NCBI GenBank assembly: GCA_965603825.1
Contig: CBFDEM010000051.1
Location: 806,001-870,000 of the forward strand
DNA from: Blepharisma stoltei ATCC 30299
Taxonomy: Eukaryota; Protista; Ciliophora
Reading direction: 5' to 3'
DNA length: 64,000 bases
Positions 51,334 to 60,787 of this stretch are shown here, piece by piece (position 1 is the first letter of the stretch; the number at the start of each line of letters is the position of its first letter). The notes beneath the pieces were generated by a model, which saw only the letters and a program-made list of their open reading frames with translations, ran no database searches and had not been told where the DNA came from. The position numbers and the translations under genes are program-made.

Positions 51334-52706
51334 ATGAGAGAAATTGTTCACCTGCAAATAGGTTGCTGTGGAAATACCATTGGATCTAAATTTTGAAAAA
51401 GTCTCTTCTATGATCATGGGATAGATAGCACCACTTGCCAGTATAACGGTTGTTTTGATTATCAGCTTAAGAGAATTGATACTTATTTTAACGAAATATT
51501 GGGAGGGAGATATACTCCGAGAGCTATTTTTGCCGATCTCCAGCAAGAGGTAATTGATAAGTATAGAACAAACGAATATTTTGCTCACTTGGAGCCCGAT
51601 AATTTTCTATCAGAAAATAAAGCGTCAAATGATAACTATGCGCAGAAATATGAGCACTATGAATTTAAAGACCATGTCATGGACATCGTCAGAAAAGAAG
51701 CTGAAAACAGTGAATCATTACAAGGATTTCAGATTTTTCACGCCGCAAGTGGGGCTGCTGGATCAGGACTAACTTCTCTTCTTCTAGAAAATATCAAGGA
51801 TGAATACTCTGATAGAATTATAAAAACTTCTAGTATTATTCCTTATAATGAAGCAATGAATTTACTTACAGAGCCATACGATACAATTTTTTTGCTTCAA
51901 GATCTAATAAGCAATGCTGATGTTACAAGTGTTTTAGACAATGAAGATATTTATAACTTGTGTCACAAGAAAATGAAGATATATAAGCCCACATGGGGAG
52001 ATATAAACAATATAATAGTACAAGTACTTAGCGGGGAATCTTTATCTTTCAGATTTCCTACTGACTTATGCTCAGATTTAAGAAAATTTGCATTGAATTT
52101 GGTCCCTTATCAAAATTTGCATTTTTTAAGTCATGCTATGTGCCGCTTTTTCCTCGAGGTGCATGCTTTTGCTATTTTAATATACAATCCACTGAAAGGC
52201 TGACCCAAAATTTATTCAACAGAGCATATCATCTGCATGACCCTGATCCAAATTCTAGATTTGGCCTAATTTTGAGCGCTGTGCTTACTTATTTGGGGAA
52301 AGTTGATCCAGCTGAGGCAGAAATTGAATTTTTAAAGGCCAAAGCAGAAAATAAAAGTTGCTACTCAGAGCAGATTCCTGATAATTTGAAGTATTGGATA
52401 TGCAATGCGCATTCATTTATGACTCGATCAGGATATTTTACTTATAATTCTGCTTTAATTGGGAATACCTTTAAAAAAGCTGTTGATCGATTTGACGACT
52501 TTTACAAAAGAAAAGCCTTTATATGTAGATATTTAGCTGAAGGAATGGATGAGCTCGAGTTTGAAGAGGCTAGAGAGGATGCTGTGCAATTAATTTCTGA
52601 ATATCAGCAGCTAATAAATAATTCGAATTCAAATGAATACTTTTATGCCTTTATTAAACGTGTTATCCAGCCCTCAAAATGAAATAAAGGTCATATTGGG
52701 GAATAG
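51334..52706 (+). pseudogene. Beta-tubulin-like copy 2 with a 1-nt deletion at about 52142
   Basis: atg tgg cca ctt (copy 1) vs atg tg- ccg ctt (copy 2). Downstream homology continues in another frame to TAG 52706. Confidence 0.75.
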
Positions 52707-52797
52707 TTTTATTTATATTTAGTTTTAGTTATTAAAAACTATAAATTGTTTGCCTTTTGATGAATTTATATTTAATTAATAAGAATTTAATTAAACC

Positions 52798-54180
52798 TTA
52801 TTTTTCCTCCATCATCATAGACTTTGGCATATAAAGTTTAACTTCTCCATTCAAAAGAACAACATTGAGAGCTCCATTGGTAATGGTTACGCAGTCTCCA
52901 CTCCAGAAAATGTTGCAAATCACATCTCCTTCTTTATACGGGTTATAAGTTACTGATCTCTGAATGGTATTATCCGTATTGGTAAATGCCATCACCGCAT
53001 TGCCCATGGAAAAGCAATAAAAGTTATGATCAGCATATCTTTCGACCCAAGGATAATTCCACAACTGCATTTGCTTCCTGTATTTGACAATTTTGGTCAC
53101 AAATTGGTACATATCAGAGTTGGTGTTCTTTAAATATGGCCAAAGGATTTCTCTATCGTTAGGATCATAACCTCCATTGAACCCTTGCTCGTCTCCATAA
53201 TAAACAATTGGTATGCCTAAAGTCACCACACTCCAAGCCAAAGCATTTTTGAATCTATTGATGTTTCCGTTTTGGTATAAGAATCTTGGGTTATCGTGAT
53301 TATCTAAGAAATTCCCAAGAATTGTTTGGTCTTTAAAGGCCTTCATACTATTCATGAAGTCTCTTGCCTGATACATATCTCCGCCATAAGCAAAGATGTT
53401 TCTCAATAAAAAATAAAGAGGATAATTTAAAACCGCATCTAGAGGTCCTTGATAGCCCGAAACATAATTAATATCTCCATTAAAAGCTTCGCCAACTGCA
53501 TAAACGCCGGCACTGGCTTGAAATTCATACCAAAAGTCTTTTGGAACTTCAACAGCTGTATCAACTCTTAGCCCATCAAATCCATATTTATTAACAATTC
53601 AATTGATTCAACTCTTCAATGTACTTCTTACATATTGATTTTCTTGGGATAAATCAGGTAGTGTTCCAAGCCAGCACCATTCAACTTCGTGCTGATCATT
53701 CCAATTGTTGATTTGGCAGTATGGATGATAATATTCAGACTTATTGAAGGGGTTGATCACTGAAAAGTCAGGAGAAACAGGGCCAACATGATTAGCTACA
53801 ACATCAAGCATAACATACATTCCTCTTGAGTGGCAAGCATTTACGAGATCTTGAAGATCTTGCTCTGTCCCAAAATGAGGATTAACTCCATATAGGTCTA
53901 TCGCTGCATAGCCGTGATAAGCACCTTGGTAGTTAACTGGGACTGGAGAAATCCATATGGCATCAAAGCCCATATTTTGGATGTAGTCGAGATTTTGTGT
54001 AATCCCTTTAAAAGTTCCTCCACAATAATTACCTAAATCTGCACACCCTGAGTTGTCACCATTACCTCTTGAAAAACGATCAGTTAATAGCTGGTAAATA
54101 ATTCGGGATTTCCACTGCTGAGGGGTGGCTGCTTTGGCAGCTAAAATTAGAGCTAAAAAGATTAAAACCGATTTAATCAT
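52798..54180 (-). CDS. Secreted alpha-amylase (GH13, Taka-amylase type), 460 aa
   Basis: Signal peptide; IYQLLTDRF, YHGY, DVVANH, FDGLRVDTA, VGEAF, FLDNHD; two TGA=Trp join the ORFs. Confidence 0.95.
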
Positions 54181-55211
54181 TATTTTTTCGCCAAACCGTT
54201 ATTTAATCCAGCAAATATGCCCTTGATCAAAACTTAATAAAATTAATAAAATTTAATAAATTTAGGCTCTAATCTAGAAATATAAGGAATATCAAAATAT
54301 TATCCATTTAAAGTGGAATTTTGCATTAAGCATATTATATGACTTATTTTATAATTGTATAATTCATTATTAGTTATATTCCAAAATTAAATTATATATA
54401 TGATAAATCAATACTTTAAGTCAGTGCGCTATTTTATAAGTCTTTCTAATTCTCACTTATTAATATGCAAATAATTAGAAATTTTGGAACTAAAAATTAG
54501 CAACTTATCAGGCACAATAAATTTATATCATTTAACTATTCCTCACATCTGTGAGATCTTATAGCCAATCAGTTGGATTGTCTATATAAAGGATTGCGGA
54601 TAAATGCCTGTGTAGTCACGAGCTGAAGTTAAAAGGGTGGGTATCCACTCAGTGGGAGAGTTAAATGCTAGGCTAATAAATAATTAAGCTTTCATCTGAT
54701 CATTTCTTTAATATTTTTTATTTCTTTCAATAAAAGTAGCGTTACTAGAATATTAAAGCTCATTTCTAGATTCATTTGATGATTCTGCACCAAATATATC
54801 CTATCCTAATATCTTTGATTTTTTTTATAAAAGTATTAAATAATAATGCTAGATCTCATTTTCTTGTCTTAATCATTTTATGAATTTTTTGGGCATCAAA
54901 TCCACAATAATTAGCGTAATTTCTTCCTTTTTGTAATTCGATTTTATCTGCCTTATTTTTTTAGTTTTTATTTGTTTTACTCTAGAGGGCTTTAAGATTC
55001 CCTTCCTTGCCGATTCGAATTCAAGACACTTTTTAAAAGAAATGTTTGCGTTAGCCCTGAATTGCTTTTAATTTTAAATTTTTTTATCTTTTGAAGACTA
55101 GCTTATAATACTTGTATTTCTTCTAATTAATTTATATAATACGGGATTTATTTTCGTTAATCTACGATTTTCACTAATTTTCAGAGAAATGCTATATAGT
55201 AAATTTCAAAA

Positions 55212-55874
55212 ATGAATGAAAGCGAGCTTATGGATGAATTTGAAGAATTCAAAGAAACAAGCAAACTTATTGAAGCTGAATTAGAACTAGAAATCGAAGA
55301 GAACAAAATTCTAATAAAATCTCTTCAAGAAGAAATCTTAATTTTAAAAGAACAAAATACAAACCTTAAAGTATTATCCAATTAGTCTCAATTTTATACT
55401 AAAATCCAAGTGATCGAGAAATTGAATAGCGAGCTCAATGAAAAATTAAAAAAATCCTGCCAAGACAGTGAGTCTTCCAAAAAGAAACTAATGGAAATGG
55501 AATTGGAGATGGATATGATGAAATCAAAGTTAAGAGAAAAGGATTTTGAAGCTGAGCAACTTAATGAGTTTTATAACAAAACGTTAGAAGATTTGGCAAT
55601 AGCATGCTCTGAGCTGGATGTCTTAAAAGAGTACAGCGAAGAAAATACGCAAAGACTAAAAGATCAAATATCAGATTTAAATAACGAACTTATGGTTGCT
55701 CGAAGAAAATCCATTGATATTCGTGCTTATTTGTCAAGAAGTGATTCTGCAATCAGTAGGCTTAGTATTAAATCATCACTAGATGGACAATCATCTAAAA
55801 CGATAGTCGATATCCTTTTATCAAATCTAAATGCCAATCTAATGAAATATAAACAAAATTTATTATCACTATAA
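55212..55874 (+). CDS. NudE/NDEL1-like coiled-coil protein, two exons (55212-55370, 55386-55874)
   Basis: EFEEFKETSKLIEAELE resembles the NudE N-terminus; a 15-nt intron removes an in-frame TAG. Confidence 0.7.
55371..55385 (+). other. 15-nt intron GTATTATCCAATTAG
   Basis: GT..AG with A at -6; phase-0 removal joins two coiled-coil exons. Confidence 0.82.
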
Positions 55875-56239
55875 ATTATATTTATTTTTATCGACTGTTG
55901 AGCAAATTCTATGTTTCTCCCTGCTTTTCATTTTTTTTCTCTTATCTTTCTCTTTTCTTCCTCCCTTAATGATTTTTGATCCCTTTTTTTCTTTATTTGC
56001 CTTAAATCTCATAATGCTATGCTGTTAAATAATCGGCCAGACTTTTCTTTCTACTATACTCTTTTCATCAGGTAGGTTAAAGCTTGCTCTTCAAATGCAA
56101 CTTCAACATATAGGGCATACCTTCATTTGGTTGGAAATCGATATTAGCTTCTTCTCACTGTATGCATCATATTTGTTATCGAATCTTCAAGCCCTGCATA
56201 ATCCCATGCTTATTAGTCCTATTATAGATTTCATATAAT

Positions 56240-56540
56240 TAATTCTTTAATTTCTTGCAGTTAGACCTAAATAATTTCATACTGCCTTTTTGGGTTCTTT
56301 TCTTGAAATTCTGTTTGCAAATGATGCAAGTAATCTTTAAATGGTATCTATCGGCTTTTCGTAGTAACTCCCAGCTATGTTCTTGTACTATGGCGGCTAT
56401 GAATAATGATACTCTCCTTTCTTTTCCCCTATGTACTCCATTTTGTGTGATGTGCATCTTTCACATGACATGCAGAATCTCTTCAAATTCTGATTAATTT
56501 TCTTTTGGAACCCTATAACCACAACACTCCTTTTTTGTTG
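56240..56540 (-). pseudogene. Possible integrase H2C2 Zn-binding relic
   Basis: SEFEEILHVMWKMHITQNGVHRGKER..x..CIICKQNFKKRTQKGSMKLF resembles H-x6-H..C-x2-C; flanked by stops. Confidence 0.3.
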
Positions 56541-57401
56541 GCCTCCATTAATTGGATTTTTCGCTTTGGATTGCATTCAGATTTTTTGCTCTTTTTGATT
56601 GATTTCCATTAAAATAAATGAGTTCGCGCCAATTCTCTTCCCGGAACTCTGTCCTGTGAAATAAATACTGAGATGCACCAAGAGTTATCTTGCGAATCTG
56701 AAGTCTACGACTATGATTTTGCAATAACAAAAGAAGCAATTCTTAAATACCTTACAAAAGAAATGTCGGAGCACATTGCTCTAAAGAAAAATATTGTAAA
56801 ATCCTTTAGAAAGCTTTTAAATGAATTAGTGCACGATATTCGCAAACTTTTAAACAATTTAAATTCATATTCAGATGAAATAAGAAATTGCTTAGCTATC
56901 TATTTTTACACCCTGATATTTTAATTGCGTTGATTAATAAGTGCAGCCATAAGTGGCTCATGCTGAGGGCTGAAAACAATAGCTTAAGGAGGAAAAGGTA
57001 AAATCTGGTGGTTAAAGTGGCAATGACGACCATCATCTTTATGCAATGCAGGAAAATTTTATATATAGGTTCTGCTTGTCAAGCCAAATATGAGCTTGCA
57101 TTTTGTCATTGCAAGTCTGACTTTCCGAATCATTTTATTATAATCCGCGTCTTTATTATTCTAGATATTCTAGTATTGGCTTCATAACAATAGAAGAATA
57201 AGTAGCCTATGACAATTCATAGAGCACTCAGCTTTATGCAGTATCATTATGGTAGTTCGAGTAAAAGTGAAGATATTAATTAATTAATTAAATTTGCATT
57301 CTGACTTAGCTATTGAGGGACTAAAGGCAATAATCCCAGTTAATCAAGAATGGATCAATACTACGAATATAGCTCGAGGATTTAGTAAAAAAGTCGAGAA
57401 A

Positions 57402-57896
57402 ATGTCTAAGTGTATTATCAGCGATAAAGAAGCTAATTTAGAAAAAAGAGTCTCTAATATAGAGAAAACTCTTAAAGAGAATAATATTGAATCTATCTAT
57501 GAAGGGCATAAAAGGACTAATTATTCAAAATCTGCAGCAAGCACCAAAAACATTTTAAAACTAAAAAAGCAGAAAGAGAAAATTTTAAATAGGCCAAATG
57601 ACCCAGGATTAGAGCGAAACTTTAGGCAAGCTTTGTCAATTTATAGCAAAGACTGCGCTAATAATCCAGATCTTGAGAAAGTTTTTAAATACTTATTTAT
57701 CTTGAATAGACCTGTAAGAACAAACTTTGAAAAGACCAAATCAATTTTAATATATGAAAATCTCATTTTGTCTCTTTATGGAAAAACAAATGAGGCGAAA
57801 TGTCAAGCACAATTAAAGATCTATAATAACGTATTTCTTCTATATTATTGAGGTCCTCAAAAATTAGTTTTACGTGCTAAAATGTGAAGAAACTAA
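57402..57896 (+). CDS. Hypothetical basic protein or relic in the subtelomere
   Basis: Open frame 57294-57896 with TGA=Trp, first ATG 57402; no recognisable domain. Confidence 0.3.
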
Positions 57897-57956
57897 TAAG
57901 CTAGCAAATCTATGATAAGTTGCAAAACTCTGATAAAAATGGAAAAATAGCTAATC

Positions 57957-58880
57957 TATCTTTTAATTGAAATTAAAGATGGAGCCTAACGAACTCCAAA
58001 GTCTAACTTATCTATCACCTGCTTCTGACAAATGCATCAATTTCTGATAAATTTAAGCATTTATCCAATTAATGAGATAGCATCTAAGTACATGGAATTA
58101 AAACATTATTATGCAAATTTTACAAGCTATACAACAGGTTTTCATTCAACACTTTCGTCTTGTCAACTAGATTTATCCTATAATCAAATTTTAAGCCTGC
58201 AGTGAAGAGATCAGCTAGCATGCAAAAATTAAGGAAAAATTATGCATAGATCATTAAAAATACTCCAGGCTTTGGCTTAGCATCAATTGCCTGGCTCTAT
58301 CTTTGGACTGATAAAACTGATCTGTTTGGCACCTCTTTTTTTAATGAACATCAATTTTCAGTAAAAATATGATTCAAGTTTTCATTGATGATATCAACTA
58401 TGCTTCTGCTTTTTATTTAGCACTGGTTGGCTAGGTTTCATCTTATATAAAATAAAGATGGAAATTGATGAGTTCATAAAATTCCTTCTCCGAGACCTAC
58501 TTTTATACAATTATTCGGATAACTTGCTAGAAGGTATAAGTAATTTTAGTAATAAATCTATAAAATATACTTTTTATGCTATTCATCAATTTTTATTAAT
58601 AATCTGTGTTCAACTTTAGTTCTTCAGGTTCCATCTTTGATTGAAACTAAAAATAGAAACAGACGAACTCATAAAATTTACATCTGGCATCTACTTTTAT
58701 ATTAAACATCAATTTTCATTAAAAATATTTAATTTAAGTTGGTATTGAAGGGATCAACTCATATTCAAAATCAACTATTGATTATAAATAAATTGCTGCC
58801 CATTCTTCAGGATTCCACTCAACACTAGCTCGTAAGTTTCCATCTTTAATTTCAATTAAAGATGAAACCAAACGAAATGG
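57957..58880. repeat. Four diverged copies of a 40-55 nt palindromic motif
   Basis: Core catctttaatt-tc-aattaaagatg at 58841-58864; related copies at about 57957-57997, 58431-58483 and 58624-58680. Confidence 0.65.
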
Positions 58881-58998
58881 TGGCAAACTAAAAATCTGAA
58901 GCATATATCAATTAATCCATAATAATACCTTAATTATTTGCATGGGAGGTGATCTCGTCAGCCTAAAAAGAATCAAAAACTTTTAGTATAAATTGATG

Positions 58999-60787
58999 CT
59001 GAGTAATATCGATTTTAAATGTTTCATTTCCGTTGATTATTAAGGTAGTCTTTTCTCCTTTAATCATCTGGGAGATTGATTTTCAACTATCATCTGTGAC
59101 TCTCTTACTTTTTATCTTTTCTATGAGTTTAGTTCTATCCACAGAATCATATGCTTTCGAAAAATCTATAAAAAGTATATATGAATCACTCTTTTTCCCT
59201 TTATTATAATATTTTCGATATTCTAAGGTATTTTTCAGTAAGAAACTTTGTGTTATGCATGATTTTCCTTTTCTAAACCCATGTTGTCTATCTGAGATCT
59301 TAACGTTGTTTTCAATTTTTCTTAGTTCAGCCTTGTCAAGAATCTTTATAAAACTGTTCATTAATGTTATAGGTCTGTGATTCTTCAATTCTTTATGATT
59401 TCCTTTACCTTTATATATAAGAATAGTCTTAGCTTCATTTGCAACATCCGGTATACCATAAATTCTGCAAGTATTTAAAAAATGTGTTATTGCTTCTACC
59501 ATTATATCTCCTCCTTTTTTTATTATTTCATTCGTTATATTATCTGGTCCAGGAGCTTTTCTGTTAGGCAAAGATTTAATAATATTCTCAATCTTTTTTG
59601 AGTTTCAAAGTTCATCTTCTAGACAACCTGCTTGTGGAATAAAAGATATCGTACTCTTAAATTGATCTTCAAATTCTTTTGTTCAAGATTGAATCTCAAA
59701 TGCATTCATTGGTAAGACCAGTTTGTTTTATTCAATAATCTTTTTATTTTGTTTCAAGCTCCATAGGGATCATTTATGCATTGTTTTAATCTATTTTCAC
59801 TTATTATTTCATATCTATCTAGTCTTTTTAACTGATCAATGCATATTTTCTTTACTTTCCGTATTCTTTCAATAAATTCATTATTTTTCTGAGAATAGCA
59901 AAATTTGATTCATTCTTTGAGTTTGTTAATTCTTTTCCTTAAAATTTTCATTTCTGGAGTTTTAAAATGATCAGGCTGTAATTTAGTTTTTAGAATAATT
60001 GATTCTTCATCTAAGATAGTCTTTATTTCGGTATAGATTTGAGAAGGGTTATTTGTTATGAAAATACCTTTTTCTTTGAATTTAAGGAAGAGTCTGCTTT
60101 TAAAGGCTTCATGTTCATCTCCTTCTAGTTTATATCATGGAATAATTGTTTTTTTGAGTTCCTAATGATATAATTATCGAAATGCGTGATAGGAGTAAAA
60201 TATGGTTAGTATTTAATTGAGGGACTTCTATATAAATAATTTCTGATGTTGAGTTTGAGAGAATGTAATCAATAATTGTGTGTGTATTATGACCTCTAAA
60301 AGTTGATATTTGCATATCATTGAGAATGTATAGATGAGAATCTTTTATAAATTTAGAAAATATCTCTCCTGTTAGATCATCGATTTCAGATAAATATCCT
60401 TTTAGATGTGCATTAAAATCACCCAATAGTACTATTTGACGTCTATCCTTTTGATTTTTTTGAATAATTTCTTGAACTTCTATGATAAAGTTAATATAGT
60501 CATCAATTGATTTCTTACTTTGGTGATTTGCTACTACTGGGGCATAAGCTACTATTATCAAGTAATCTTCAATTAATGTTGCTGTTATTCTATGATTGTT
60601 AGTTTCAATTGATGTTATTAGATTTGCAAATGTTTCATGTATTAGTAACCCAGTTCCGCCTGATCCTCTGTTGCCAGCAATTGGCCCATTATTTCCAATT
60701 CAGATAAATCCTTGAATATATAAGGAAGTTTTCAGTCATGTTTCAGCAATTCCAAGAATAGAAATATCATTAGTAATCATTAAGGTT
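58999..60787 (-). mobile_element. Non-LTR retrotransposon fragment (APE endonuclease plus N-terminal half of reverse transcriptase), truncated at both ends and frameshifted
   Basis: APE: DISILGIAETW, GSGGTGLLI, VAYAP, LLGDFNAH, TIIDYIL, TNH. RT: KAPGPDNI, HRPITL, QHGFRKGKSC, FIDFSKAYDSV. Frameshifts at about 60150 and about 59720. Confidence 0.92.

Larger units (their letters stand above)
49590..52790 (+). repeat. Tandem duplication, period about 1610 nt
   Basis: tagtttttcaagtg at about 49592 and about 51198; shared 3' flanks at about 51070-51180 and about 52680-52790. Confidence 0.9.

Noticed and set aside
1555-51588. Numerous antisense or alternate-frame short ORFs in the track (e.g. 1555-1848, 10131-10439, 49652-49978, 51292-51588)
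   Set aside because: They are shadows of real genes on the other strand or frame, mostly with non-ATG starts.
764-54180. Apparent mass pseudogenisation (many split ORFs)
   Set aside because: Fragments are in frame and separated only by TGA at Trp positions; this is a genetic-code effect.
59083-59571. RT next to the telomere as telomerase, retron or group II intron RT
   Set aside because: KAPGPD, RPITL and QHGFR motifs plus an upstream APE domain identify a LINE-type element.
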